The notes beneath the pieces are model-generated. The model worked only from the letters and a program-made list of their open reading frames with translations, was not told the DNA's origin and made no database searches. From an uncultured bacterium (GTDB lineage Bacteria > Bacillota_I > Bacilli_A > RF39 > UBA660): a stretch of 64,000 nt of DNA. Shown one piece after another: positions 49,044 through 59,615 of this stretch. The first letter of the stretch is position 1. Each line of letters starts with the position of its first letter. Location: NCBI GenBank assembly GCA_900314465.1, contig OMVK01000006.1:87-64086 (forward strand), given 5' to 3'. The position numbers and the translations under genes are program-made.

Positions 49044-49829
49044 TTATAATAATCTAACCAAGATAACCGCAACAAGTATAACAAATGTAAGACTATCTAC
49101 TCTATCAAGAATGCCACCATGTCCAGGTATTATATTAGAATAATCTTTAATATTATTTTCTCTTTTAATTAGACTAAAGAATAAATCTCCCATTTCACCA
49201 GCTATACTTAATACAATAGATACAATTATTAATAGAAATATATTACTACTACCAATAATATTAAAATAATATATTGTTCCTATTATCGTAGCTACTACTA
49301 TACCTATTACAGATCCTTCAATTGTTTTCTTAGGACTTATCTTACTTAATTTATGTTTACCTAATAATTTACCACCAAGAAAAGCAAAAACATCTGTACA
49401 TATAGATATTAATAATAAATATATATAAAACATTTTATTATATTTAAATACCATAATATTCATATTAGAACAAAGACCTATAAATAATGTTATAAAAGAT
49501 AAATACATAGCTTCTTTTGCTCCATAATTTTTTTTATATAAGAATATACTAGGTAATAAAGTTAATACTAAACATAAAGCAAGTACATAATAATCTAAAC
49601 TAAGAGATATAGATGAATAAGAATTAGATATACATATAATTACTTCACATATATAAGATATTATTTGCATAATCATAGGTATTTTTATATCTTTATTACA
49701 ATTTATTAATTCTCTTAATGCAAGTATACCAAGTACTATTACTGAAAAAGTAAATAAATTATTTCCAATAACTAATACTGGTATTATTAAGATTAAGATT
49801 AAAATTGAACCAAGTAAACGATTTTTCAT
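49044..49829 (-). CDS. cdsA: phosphatidate cytidylyltransferase
   Basis: C-terminal signature SPKKTIEGSVIG....IKDYSNIIPGHGGILDRVDS. Confidence 0.85.
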   Translation of the reverse strand: MKNRLLGSILILILIIPVLVIGNNLFTFSVIVLGILALRELINCNKDIKIPMIMQIISYICEVIICISNSYSSISLSLDYYVLALCLVLTLLPSIFLYKKNYGAKEAMYLSFITLFIGLCSNMNIMVFKYNKMFYIYLLLISICTDVFAFLGGKLLGKHKLSKISPKKTIEGSVIGIVVATIIGTIYYFNIIGSSNIFLLIIVSIVLSIAGEMGDLFFSLIKRENNIKDYSNIIPGHGGILDRVDSLTFVILVAVILVRLL

Positions 49830-49841
49830 ATATATTACTCC

Positions 49842-51035
49842 TTAATATCTTGAATAGAACCAAACACCCATTGATGGAAGTCCAACAAGTTTTCTTGGAT
49901 CTATATAATGAGAAACAAATGAAGACCAAGCAACATAATCTCTTCCATACCAACCAGTTGCAAGTCCTAAATGTAAGTGTGCACCTGTTGAACAAGTATC
50001 CCATCCACCATTTGATTTCAAAGTAAATCCAGCACCACCTACAGCACCAATGACAGTATGATTAGTAACTTTCTGTCCTATACTAACATTAACTTGTGAT
50101 AAATGATAGTAAAAACTTGTATATTTAATACCATTAATAGTATGGTAAATAAATACCATATTACCACCACAATTAGATTTATAAATTATTTTACCTACTA
50201 CACCATTAGCAATTGAATAGACATTAGTACCCATTGAATTACCACCAATATCATCACCTGAATGGTATTCAACTTTACCACTAATTGGACTTACACGATA
50301 ACTAAAATACGATGTAATAACACCTCTAGTTAATGGTCTTATAAATCTTGTATCACCCATTACACTCGCACATGAATCTAGTGAATCAGAATCTTTACAA
50401 CCAAGACTAACATAATAATTAATTAAATTTTGTGTAGAACTTATCTGATCACTTATAGATGCAGCTTCTTCATCAAGTGAATCAATTTCATCACCTAAAG
50501 AATCAATAGATTCAGATAAACTATTAATATCACTTTCAAGTTGTACTTGTCTATTAGCAATATAAGATTTTAATTCATCATTTTTTTGTATTTTATTTTT
50601 ATAATCATTAATCTTACCATTAATATATTCCATTATTTCATCAGATACAGCATATCTATATACTAAATCTTCATAAGATGTTGAATCAAAAATATATTCA
50701 AGATATAAATTATCACCAGAAGATAACTGATAAGCTTGCATTAATTTTTCAAGTTCTTCTTTACTATCTTCAATTTCTTTAGTAAGTTCAGCTGATTCAT
50801 TTGTTGCATCAATAACTTTTTGTTGGTTATTAGTTATTTCATTTTGTTTATTAACTATACTTTGTTTATCAGAATTAATTTCTGATTGAGCATTTTGCTG
50901 TTTATTTTGATTAGATGAATATTGAGCCTTATAATTTGCAAGCTCAGTCTTTAACTCTCCTAAAGTTTTAGCATCTATAGTTAATGGTAATAATAGTATG
51001 CAAAATAATATTATATATTTACTTATATTATTCAT
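49842..51035 (-). CDS. M23 family metallopeptidase with N-terminal coiled-coil (EnvC/FtsEX-associated hydrolase-like)
   Basis: Signal peptide. About 230-aa coiled-coil. C-terminal M23 domain (HSGDDIGG...HLHLG). GGAGG RBS. ATG overlaps the ftsX stop (TAATG). Confidence 0.75.
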   Translation of the reverse strand: MNNISKYIILFCILLLPLTIDAKTLGELKTELANYKAQYSSNQNKQQNAQSEINSDKQSIVNKQNEITNNQQKVIDATNESAELTKEIEDSKEELEKLMQAYQLSSGDNLYLEYIFDSTSYEDLVYRYAVSDEIMEYINGKINDYKNKIQKNDELKSYIANRQVQLESDINSLSESIDSLGDEIDSLDEEAASISDQISSTQNLINYYVSLGCKDSDSLDSCASVMGDTRFIRPLTRGVITSYFSYRVSPISGKVEYHSGDDIGGNSMGTNVYSIANGVVGKIIYKSNCGGNMVFIYHTINGIKYTSFYYHLSQVNVSIGQKVTNHTVIGAVGGAGFTLKSNGGWDTCSTGAHLHLGLATGWYGRDYVAWSSFVSHYIDPRKLVGLPSMGVWFYSRY

Positions 51036-51931
51036 TAGATCTTTAAATACCTCCTTACAGCATTCAAGGATCCAAACACACCAACTATTGCACCAACACA
51101 TAATAAAACTAAGCTAGTTGTATAAACGACTTCATTTGGATTTACTAAAACAACAAGGGAACTAAATAAAGTACCACCTACATAATCATAAAAGAATTGA
51201 TAACCAAATATAGTTATTAATATAGGTATAATTGAACCAATAACACCGAGAATTAAACCCTCAATAACAAATGGAAGTTTAATAACTGTATTAGAAGTAC
51301 CAACAAGTCTCATAATACTTACTTCCTGTCTTCTTGAATATATAGTTAATTTAATAGTATTACCAATTAAAAAGAAAGTTACAAATATTAAAGCTACTAC
51401 TACAGCATAAGATACTGTTCTGATAACATCAAACATAGATACTAACTTACTAACTAAAGATTCACCATATTTAACTTCAGAAACATGTTCAAACCCTTTA
51501 ATAGTATTAGCAGTTTCATCAATTTTTTTAACATCATTTACTTTAACAACATAAGTACTCTTTAAAGGATTTTCATCTAAAGTATCTAAAACATTTTTCA
51601 TACTTTCATCTTGAGATATTTCATTTTTAATATCATCTTTTGAATTAAATTCAACATTATTAGTATTAACATTATCAATAGACTTAATTTGTTCACCTAA
51701 TGTTTCTATATCACTATCACTTGCATCTTTATCAATAAAAACAATAATAGTTAATACATCTTCGATATGTTGAGTTATAGCTTTTACATTAAAAGTAAAA
51801 AGGACTGCTATACCTACAATTAAAAGAGTAATTGCAGCACATGAAATAGAAGCAATACTTAAAGAAAAATTTCGAAATACACTATGAAATGCATCTTTAA
51901 TACTTCTACCAATAATTCTAATTATCCTCAT
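51035..51931 (-). CDS. ftsX: cell division permease-like protein FtsX
   Basis: N-terminal TM, extracellular loop domain, three C-terminal TM helices. Directly downstream of ftsE with overlap. Confidence 0.85.
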   Translation of the reverse strand: MRIIRIIGRSIKDAFHSVFRNFSLSIASISCAAITLLIVGIAVLFTFNVKAITQHIEDVLTIIVFIDKDASDSDIETLGEQIKSIDNVNTNNVEFNSKDDIKNEISQDESMKNVLDTLDENPLKSTYVVKVNDVKKIDETANTIKGFEHVSEVKYGESLVSKLVSMFDVIRTVSYAVVVALIFVTFFLIGNTIKLTIYSRRQEVSIMRLVGTSNTVIKLPFVIEGLILGVIGSIIPILITIFGYQFFYDYVGGTLFSSLVVLVNPNEVVYTTSLVLLCVGAIVGVFGSLNAVRRYLKI

Positions 51932-52619
51932 CTTCGATGTATTCTCCTTTCTCTTTATCTGATACTAATACGCCATCACGCATATATATGACTCTTCTCT
52001 TCATACGATTAACTATTTCTTTATCATGTGTAGCCATAATTATCGTAGAACCTAATTCTTTATTAATATTTTCAAGTACATCCATTATTTCTCTACTCAT
52101 CTTAGGATCTAAATCACCAGTTGGTTCATCACAAATAATAAGTTTAGGCTTATTAACTATCGCTCTAGCTATACATACTCTTTGTTGTTGACCACCAGAT
52201 AATTCATCTGGATAACTTCTAAGCTTATCTTTTAATCCAACCCATTCAACTGCAGCAAGTACTCTTTTTCTTATTTCTTTTGCTTCCATACCATATGATT
52301 CAAGAGGATATGCAATATTTTCATAAACAGTTAATTTAGGTAATAATCTAAAATCTTGAAATACTACACCAACTTTTCTTCTTAATTTATAAACATTACC
52401 ATTTCTAAGTTTAGATACATTAACTCCACCAACCATAACCGTACCTTTAGTTACTTTTTCTTCACGATAAAGGACTTTAGTTAAAGTCGATTTACCTGAA
52501 CCAGAACTACCAATTATAAAAACGAATTCACCACGATTAATACTTAAATTAACATCAGCAAGTGCAGTTACACCATTTTTATATACTTTATAAACATGCT
52601 TTAATTCAATAAATGCCAT
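51918..52619 (-). CDS. ftsE: cell division ATP-binding protein FtsE
   Basis: Walker A GSSGSGKST, ABC signature LSGGQQQRV, Walker B LIICDEPTGDLD. Confidence 0.9.
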   Translation of the reverse strand: MAFIELKHVYKVYKNGVTALADVNLSINRGEFVFIIGSSGSGKSTLTKVLYREEKVTKGTVMVGGVNVSKLRNGNVYKLRRKVGVVFQDFRLLPKLTVYENIAYPLESYGMEAKEIRKRVLAAVEWVGLKDKLRSYPDELSGGQQQRVCIARAIVNKPKLIICDEPTGDLDPKMSREIMDVLENINKELGSTIIMATHDKEIVNRMKRRVIYMRDGVLVSDKEKGEYIEDEDN

Positions 52620-52701
52620 TTTCTAACCACCTTACCATTTTTCATTATAACATAATAAAATAATTATTCATATTTAATTATAATGTAAAAAGTAAATGAC
52701 A

Positions 52702-53778
52702 TTAAGAATTATCACTATTATTACTTATCTTTTTAACATCAGCATTACTAATAATCATAAATCTTTTAGTTATTTTATCGGTAGTAGTATGAATATCTTT
52801 AACTTCACTAGATACTGTATCAATAGATTTAGATAATTTATCCCATCTATCTTTATATCTAGCAAATTCAATACCTAATTTATTTAATTCTTCATGTATT
52901 ATCTTACTATATTTATCTCTTTCAATATTTTTAAGTATCATAGCCATTGTGCTTAAAGTAGCCATTAAAGTAGTTGGTGAACATATCCAAACATGTTTAG
53001 AATAAGCATATCTTATTAAATCTTCATGATAAGCATTTAATTCTGCAAATATAGCTTCAGCAGGTACAAACATAATAGCTTGATTAGATGTTTCAGGTGG
53101 TAATATATATTTATCATGTATATCATCAATATGTTTTTTAACATCTATTTCAAATAACTTTTCATATTTAATTCTAATATTCTTATCAATAGATCTATCA
53201 GTCATTCTTTGATAATTTTCTAATGGAAATTTAGAATCAATACTAATATTCTTAATAGGTTCAGCACCATAAATAAAAGCATCTACTTGATAACCATTAG
53301 ATAATTTATGTTGAATATCATAAACATCTCTTTTTTCACCAAAAATTGATGTTAATATATAATTTAAATTAACTTCACCAAAAGTACCTCTAGTCTTTTT
53401 ATCAGTTAAGACACTTTGTAAATTAACAATATCTTTAGATAAACTATCAATATTCTTTTGTGCATCATCTATCTTAGTTAATCTTTCAAGAACACTATTA
53501 AAAGTCTTATTAGTACTTGCAAAAGATTTATCTAATCTATCATTAATAACACCATTTATTTCATATAACTTACTTTCCATCGAATCATTTAATTTATTAA
53601 AATCATCCATCAAACTCTTACTGAAATCATATTTAAAGTCACCTAAATCTTTAGTAATCTCTTTTTGATAATCACCTAAATATTTAATAATTTCACTATT
53701 ATCATTCTTCTTAAATAAATTAATAATTAATAAAATAATAGTAATAATAAGTAATACAATAATAATATAATCTAACAT
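52702..53778 (-). CDS. rmuC: DNA recombination protein RmuC
   Basis: N-terminal TM, coiled-coil, and C-terminal RmuC nuclease-like domain (GTFGEVNLNYILTSIFGEKRDVYDIQHKLSNGYQVDAFI...PLE). Confidence 0.75.
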   Translation of the reverse strand: MLDYIIIVLLIITIILLIINLFKKNDNSEIIKYLGDYQKEITKDLGDFKYDFSKSLMDDFNKLNDSMESKLYEINGVINDRLDKSFASTNKTFNSVLERLTKIDDAQKNIDSLSKDIVNLQSVLTDKKTRGTFGEVNLNYILTSIFGEKRDVYDIQHKLSNGYQVDAFIYGAEPIKNISIDSKFPLENYQRMTDRSIDKNIRIKYEKLFEIDVKKHIDDIHDKYILPPETSNQAIMFVPAEAIFAELNAYHEDLIRYAYSKHVWICSPTTLMATLSTMAMILKNIERDKYSKIIHEELNKLGIEFARYKDRWDKLSKSIDTVSSEVKDIHTTTDKITKRFMIISNADVKKISNNSDNS

Positions 53779-53830
53779 AAGTTACACCTATCTTTCTTAA
53801 ATAATTATACATAATATAAATAAATTAATA

Positions 53831-53857
53831 AACAAAAAAAGCAAACATTTATTTGCT
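53831..53857 (-). terminator. terminator ending the conjugation gene cluster, directly upstream of rmuC
   Basis: agcaaa-cattta-tttgct hairpin, followed on the minus strand by TTTTTTTGTT, immediately after the coupling-protein stop codon. Confidence 0.5.
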
Positions 53858-53858
53858 T

Positions 53859-56654
53859 TTAATTTTCACTAAAGAAATCATCATAATATTCATCATCATT
53901 ATCTTTCTTTGGTTTAATTACTTTAGCATCACTGTCTGCTTTAATAATATTACTAGGACTAACAACTGGTTTATTAACATTAGTACTATTAGCTTTAATT
54001 AAACTTTCAAAGTTATTAGTATTTTGATTACTTAGACTATTAGTATTATTACTTGGAGTATCATCAAGTACATCTAAGTCATCATCATCTTCATCTTTAC
54101 TAGTTTCTTCTTTAATTGGTTTATTATCATTTTTAAATAAATCAGCAAAATTATTAGATTTATTCTCTTCAACAGTTTTAGTACCATCTTTACCTTTAAC
54201 ATAATCTTGATAATATGTCTTAGTAGGATCTTCAATACCAGAAAGTCTACTAGTATCAACATTATTATTAGTTAAATCTACATCACTAAGTTTATTTAAA
54301 TTATCAGGTGTAACATGTATAGTAGGTTTCTTAGATTCATGGTGTTCATATAAATCTATATTATTATCAAAATTATTTGTAATTATTGGTTTATTATTAG
54401 TAGTTTTCTTTTCTTTTTTATCATCATCGAAACTTATCTTATTACCTGAAATACTATTAAAATCAATTAAATCTCCAGCATCAATATCATCATCTGGATT
54501 TTTATCATCTTCATTTGATTTATTATCTTTACTTGAAAAATTAACTTCTTTACTATCTTCTTTAGGAGTATTAAATGGATTTAAAGGAATATTTTTATTA
54601 CCTATTCCATCAGTTTGTTCCTTTTTATCTTTCTTTTCTTCTTCTTCAAGTCTAGCAATTTCTTTATCAATATTTTTAATGACAGCATCTAAATTAAATG
54701 ATGGTTTAGGTTTAGTAGGTTTATCTTTAATACCATTATAAAAATCATCAAAAGATGGAATATTTTTATTAAATGGATTACTAGAACTACTATTTAAATT
54801 ATTCATACCACCAGATAAAATATCTGCAAAACTTGGTTTGTTTGATTCTACAAATGGTGATTGACTAAAACCACCTGTACCAGAGCCAAATCTACCACTA
54901 CCAAATGGTGAATCATTCTTTCTAGAACGAGCACGAACATCAACAAATTTACGAATATCAAATAATTTAATATCTCTTGATTCTCTTGTTGGAAGTTCAC
55001 ATGGTGCTGTCCATTCTTTATCACCCCAGTCAACATTATAACTAGGTCTTAATTTAGTTCTAAATGGGAACATACGATTTCTAATAATAATTACTTCATT
55101 AGGTTGTAACTTTTGTAAATCAGATACAGTAATTAATGGAACAGAAGCAGTCTTATCATCTTTTTTACTCTTAACCTCACCACATAGTTTACTTATTTCT
55201 TCAAGTGCTGAAAGTTCTGTAGTAAGTAAGTACATTAAGTTAGCACAGTTTGATCTAATTGTTTGTGATTCTTCTTTACCATAAACTTCATCAAGCTGAG
55301 CATAGTTCTGTATGATAAATGTAAATCTAATTGCACGTGAACGAGCAGCAGTAACCATTGTTGTAATATCTTTAATCGCAGGCATATTAGCAAACTCATC
55401 AAGTAAGTAATTAGTTCTAACTGGAAGTTTACTACCTGGACTATTCTGAGCAACATCAATTAATGTTTCATAAGATTGTTTAATAAATATAGATGCAAGA
55501 GCATGATAAGTTGTCTTTTCATCCTGTACGATAATAAATACTGCAGTTTTTTGTTTACCAATGGATTCCATATCAAAATCAGAAAATGAAAGCATTTCTG
55601 CTAAATTCTTACGTGCAGCAAATATACGTATTTTTTGTCTAAATGTTGAAAGTATTGAACCCTTCGTATCAGATGGTGCTGTAATAGTATTATTTGCAAA
55701 TACATAAGCTGGTGAACTCTCACCCTTCATCTTAAAATATTCTTTAATATATGTACTATTACCACCGAATTTATCTTCACCAACAGTAGTCATATAGTTA
55801 ACTGATGAAATATTACACTCTTCCTCAGTAGCATCATCCATTAAACCTAATATATTACCAGCAAGATAATCGGCTGCTGAATCTTGCCAGAATGGATCGG
55901 CTTGACTATTTTTATCTTTCATAATATTAGATGCAACATCATCTACTAGTTCTTGTGCTTTATCAGTATTTCCAGCTTTATATAATCTGTATGGAATTGT
56001 TAAAGGATTCCATGAATTACCCTGTTGTGGATTACGGAAATTTAAAACAATAATATTATAACCTTTATGTTTTAAGAAAGTACCATGATTACGATATATT
56101 TCACCCTTAGGATCGGTAAATATCATAGATTCTCCTGCTTTTGCAAGAGAATAAGTCATTGGATCAATTACAGCTGTTGTTTTACCAGAACCAGTAACAC
56201 CGACAACTAATGTGTGGTTTTCACTATTATCTACCCACATATTTTTACCATCATTAATAAATACGACACCACCAGCTGTAGCATCTTCATCTTGGACGCC
56301 AACCTTAACAATTTTAAATGCCTTCTTCATTTCTTTTTCTTCAAGCCATCTTGAATATCCATCTGATGCATGTTCACCAATTTTTAATCCAGGTCCACCA
56401 GAAACACGTTCAAAAATAGTTGATGATACACTAGCAAAAATAAATATTAATACGCCAAAAAATACAAGTAATGTTGCTGGTAAATACTTAAAAGAGAATC
56501 CTTCAATCGGATTTAAGCCATACAACTCACCATCGTTAATTACCGAAAACAAATTAAGAACAGCAATTGAACAAAAATATAATAAAACAATACAAAATAA
56601 AACAAATAAGGTAAAGTCTTTAGAAGTAACCTTAATCTTCAATTTAAGCTTCAT
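53859..56654 (-). CDS. type IV secretion coupling protein (VirD4/TraG family T4CP) with long disordered C-terminal tail
   Basis: Two N-terminal TM helices. Walker A VGVTGSGKTT with downstream TDPKGE hallmark of TraG/VirD4. Walker B-like FIIVQDE...LLDEFAN. Last ~330 aa are N/D/K/S/G-rich and end DDEYYDDFFSEN. Confidence 0.85.
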   Translation of the reverse strand: MKLKLKIKVTSKDFTLFVLFCIVLLYFCSIAVLNLFSVINDGELYGLNPIEGFSFKYLPATLLVFFGVLIFIFASVSSTIFERVSGGPGLKIGEHASDGYSRWLEEKEMKKAFKIVKVGVQDEDATAGGVVFINDGKNMWVDNSENHTLVVGVTGSGKTTAVIDPMTYSLAKAGESMIFTDPKGEIYRNHGTFLKHKGYNIIVLNFRNPQQGNSWNPLTIPYRLYKAGNTDKAQELVDDVASNIMKDKNSQADPFWQDSAADYLAGNILGLMDDATEEECNISSVNYMTTVGEDKFGGNSTYIKEYFKMKGESSPAYVFANNTITAPSDTKGSILSTFRQKIRIFAARKNLAEMLSFSDFDMESIGKQKTAVFIIVQDEKTTYHALASIFIKQSYETLIDVAQNSPGSKLPVRTNYLLDEFANMPAIKDITTMVTAARSRAIRFTFIIQNYAQLDEVYGKEESQTIRSNCANLMYLLTTELSALEEISKLCGEVKSKKDDKTASVPLITVSDLQKLQPNEVIIIRNRMFPFRTKLRPSYNVDWGDKEWTAPCELPTRESRDIKLFDIRKFVDVRARSRKNDSPFGSGRFGSGTGGFSQSPFVESNKPSFADILSGGMNNLNSSSSNPFNKNIPSFDDFYNGIKDKPTKPKPSFNLDAVIKNIDKEIARLEEEEKKDKKEQTDGIGNKNIPLNPFNTPKEDSKEVNFSSKDNKSNEDDKNPDDDIDAGDLIDFNSISGNKISFDDDKKEKKTTNNKPIITNNFDNNIDLYEHHESKKPTIHVTPDNLNKLSDVDLTNNNVDTSRLSGIEDPTKTYYQDYVKGKDGTKTVEENKSNNFADLFKNDNKPIKEETSKDEDDDDLDVLDDTPSNNTNSLSNQNTNNFESLIKANSTNVNKPVVSPSNIIKADSDAKVIKPKKDNDDEYYDDFFSEN

Positions 56655-56704
56655 TTGTCTTCCCCTTTTCTAAAAAACATTATAATATAAATATAATATT
56701 TTTA

Positions 56705-57442
56705 CTATACAAACTTATTACCATTTTTAATCTTTATCCAAATAAAAACAATTAAAGAAATAACAATAATAAGTATTATAATTAATATTAAATAAAATTT
56801 ATTAAAACTACTATCATCACCAAGTAGACCACTACCACTATTTTTATTCTTATCACTAATAATTGTCGTTGTTGTAGTTGTGCTTGTTGTAGTTTCTATT
56901 ATTAAATTACCATTTTCATCTATTATTGCTCTTTGCTCTTCACTTGTATTTTCTTCACTTACTTTACTAGTAGTACTTGTAGTTACTGTCGTACTATTTG
57001 TACTTGAGTTATTATTACTTGAGCTATTACTACCTGAAATACTTGAACCATTACGTTCTTTAATAAAATCACTAGCAGAAATTGTTATTCTCAAACTACG
57101 ATTATTATTATATTCATCACCAAATATACCACTAACTTTTAATTTACCAAACTTATCAGGATTACCATCAGTAAAAGTACATATTCCATAATAAAACTTA
57201 AGGTCACCTTTAGAAACTTCAGGAATAGATGCTCCAAAACTATTTTCTTTTCTTAATGTATAACTAACAAGACTATTACTACCATCATAAAAATATATAT
57301 CTATTCTATCTATATTAAATCCAGAAGCACTCTGTAATATATTAGTTGAAACATTAACAGAATTATAATTATCAGCTTTAGCTGAAAAAGGTAGTGCGAC
57401 AAAAAATAGCATAATAAATAATATAATTTTGTATTTATTCTT
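56705..57442 (-). CDS. conjugation-cluster surface protein (signal peptide, Ser/Thr/Asn-rich stalk, C-terminal TM anchor)
   Basis: Signal MKNKYKIILFIMLFFVALPFSAKA. SSNNNSSTNSTTVTTSTTS low complexity. C-terminal FYLILIIILIIVISLIVFIWIKIK. Confidence 0.4.
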   Translation of the reverse strand, partial: KNKYKIILFIMLFFVALPFSAKADNYNSVNVSTNILQSASGFNIDRIDIYFYDGSNSLVSYTLRKENSFGASIPEVSKGDLKFYYGICTFTDGNPDKFGKLKVSGIFGDEYNNNRSLRITISASDFIKERNGSSISGSNSSSNNNSSTNSTTVTTSTTSKVSEENTSEEQRAIIDENGNLIIETTTSTTTTTTIISDKNKNSGSGLLGDDSSFNKFYLILIIILIIVISLIVFIWIKIKNGNKFV

Positions 57443-57665
57443 CATTCCCAGCATTATCCTCATTTCCAACATTAGCACCAACTGTCCAATCAATTTCATT
57501 TCCATAGTCATCTGTTCCAAGAGTTTCAGTTGAAAAATTTTTTAATGAAGAACTGATTTCATTATTTTTTCTTTTATTATTTCCATAAGCTAATGCAATA
57601 ATTAAATAAATAGAAAAAATAATAACAATTATAATTAGAAATTTAATAATTCCTTTATTCATTTT
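57435..57665 (-). CDS. small single-TM protein in conjugation cluster
   Basis: MNKGIIKFLIIIVIIFSIYLIIALAYGNNKRK..., 76 aa. Overlaps neighbours by a few nt (operon packing). Confidence 0.3.
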   Translation of the reverse strand, partial: KMNKGIIKFLIIIVIIFSIYLIIALAYGNNKRKNNEISSSLKNFSTETLGTDDYGNEIDWTVGANVGNEDNAGNEE

Positions 57666-57681
57666 TATCACTCCCGTAATT

Positions 57682-59592
57682 TTAATTAGAAAACTCCCAA
57701 TAAGCATTGGCTTGTGTAGATAAATAAGAAACAGTATATTTCTTGCCAGATTTATCAGCATGTTTTGAATTTGGATCATTTAATACAACATATCCATCAT
57801 CTGTTACACCAGTTAGTACAATAAAGTGACCATGACTTGTAAATTCACCAGCATGACAAGACATAATAACAGGATGTCCAGCTTTTAATGCACTTATAAT
57901 TGACTCTGATGATATTTGTTTACATTTTAATCCATAATAACCTGCAACTGCAGACATTATTGACCAACTTTGACCAGCGCCGCCAACATAAAAATTATTA
58001 TAATTACCAGTCTTATTTTCAATCATTTTAACTACATCTGAAGGATAAACCCATTTTGAACTATCAGTACCACCCTTTAAATAAGAAATAACCATTGCAA
58101 GTGAAGTTACTGAACATCCAGAAGAGCTTATAGTACCTCCACCAAATGCAACATTAGACCATGGTTGATTACCACTTTGAGAATAATAGACAACTGGATT
58201 ATTTCCACCATTATTTGGAATTTTATAATTAGATGCAACAATACCTAAATCTTGAACAGTAGAAGAAGTAACATTATTAAATTCATCACTAAAATTTATA
58301 TTGGCAGTAGCATAACTATCATTTAATCTATAATACTTAGTATAAATAGATGTTGCACTTTCAACAGCACCGTCGTTATTAGTAACATGAACCCATTTAT
58401 CACTACCATTATAAATACCAAAAAAATCCGTACTAGTACTACAACTATCTATAACGCCAAAGTCACCCATTTTTAAATCTTGTTCAGTTACTTCAGTAAA
58501 TAACGATGTATCACTGAATTTATCGCATCCAACAACTCCTGGATCATTTCCGGAAACACTCCATAAAAGATATCTAAGATATCCACTATATCCAATAGTT
58601 TTATTTTTTGATGGAGAAGAACTAGTAGGTTCTTTGCCACTTTCAAAAACAACTTTATTGGCAACTAATAAATAAGCACTTCCATAAACTTTAGAAGAAG
58701 TACTATCATCTGAAGTAACCATTTTTTCTATTTCATTATTATAATAACTATCATCATTATATAAATAATCATAATCACCAGAAGAAATGATACCATCAGC
58801 ATCTTCACCACTATTAGTTAAATCATTGTAGAGTTGAATTACAGGTGCAAGTATTACAACAAATAATATCAAACCTATAAGTATTCCTCCAACAATTGGA
58901 AGTGCCGCAATAATAATTTTCCTAGCAATAGGATTTTTGAGAATATTAGAAATTTTAGCCTTTCCACTATCTGCTCCTGATTGTGTTTCTGTCTCATTTT
59001 TTTCTTCTTGTTTGTCTTTACCAAATAAATTTGAAGGACTTAAATTATTCTTTATTGAATTACCAATATTACTTAAAGAACTTTTAAGGCCTGTATTATT
59101 GAGATCATTATTCTCAGGCAATTCTCTTTCATCTGGCAATCCCTGACCATTACTTAATTCACCTGTTTCATCGTTAGAATTTGCTTTTGCATTTATTCTA
59201 GCAACATTTTTATTTCTAAAATTATCAGGTACTATCTTTTCACCATTCTTTTTAATATTTTTAGCTTCTTTTAAAGCACTTGCACCAGCACCAACTAAGC
59301 CACCTTTAGCATACCCAACAGCAATATTTTTAGCCGATTTTCCTAAATTTTTAGCGGCATCTACTCTTTGATTAATATCACTAGGCATATTACCAAATGC
59401 ATCTTTTTCATTTATTTTTGTAGGATCAACTGGACCATTTATTTTATTTTTACCAATATCATTAATATTACTATCTTTTTTTTGATCAATATCTTTAATC
59501 GAAGGCTTATTATTACTAGTTAATTTATTAATATCATTATTAATATTATTTTGATTACTAGTATTATTAGTATCTACATTATTACTATTCAT
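57682..59592 (-). CDS. bitopic protein with extracytoplasmic papain-like cysteine peptidase domain (C39-like / NlpC-P60 superfamily)
   Basis: About 230-aa cytoplasmic N/K-rich region, TM (IIIAALPIVGGILIGLILFVVILAPVI). C-terminal domain with SSGCSVTSLAMVISYL (Cys nucleophile context) and SHGHFIVLTGVTDDGYVVLNDP (His) as in the Peptidase_C39_2 family. Confidence 0.5.
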   Translation of the reverse strand: MNSNNVDTNNTSNQNNINNDINKLTSNNKPSIKDIDQKKDSNINDIGKNKINGPVDPTKINEKDAFGNMPSDINQRVDAAKNLGKSAKNIAVGYAKGGLVGAGASALKEAKNIKKNGEKIVPDNFRNKNVARINAKANSNDETGELSNGQGLPDERELPENNDLNNTGLKSSLSNIGNSIKNNLSPSNLFGKDKQEEKNETETQSGADSGKAKISNILKNPIARKIIIAALPIVGGILIGLILFVVILAPVIQLYNDLTNSGEDADGIISSGDYDYLYNDDSYYNNEIEKMVTSDDSTSSKVYGSAYLLVANKVVFESGKEPTSSSPSKNKTIGYSGYLRYLLWSVSGNDPGVVGCDKFSDTSLFTEVTEQDLKMGDFGVIDSCSTSTDFFGIYNGSDKWVHVTNNDGAVESATSIYTKYYRLNDSYATANINFSDEFNNVTSSTVQDLGIVASNYKIPNNGGNNPVVYYSQSGNQPWSNVAFGGGTISSSGCSVTSLAMVISYLKGGTDSSKWVYPSDVVKMIENKTGNYNNFYVGGAGQSWSIMSAVAGYYGLKCKQISSESIISALKAGHPVIMSCHAGEFTSHGHFIVLTGVTDDGYVVLNDPNSKHADKSGKKYTVSYLSTQANAYWEFSN

Positions 59593-59615
59593 ATTAAACC
59601 TTCTTTCTAATATAT

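Noticed and set aside
47089-50026. Small ORFs 47089..47310, 48883..49143, 49759..50004, 49805..50026
   Set aside because: Nested in or antisense to the surface-protein, rseP, cdsA and M23 genes. No independent support.
54074-57191. ORFs 54074..54262, 54848..55036, 55235..55459, 56212..56673 (+), 56880..57191 (+)
   Set aside because: Lie within the coupling-protein gene or its neighbour, in alternative frames or strands. The host ORFs carry clear T4CP motifs.
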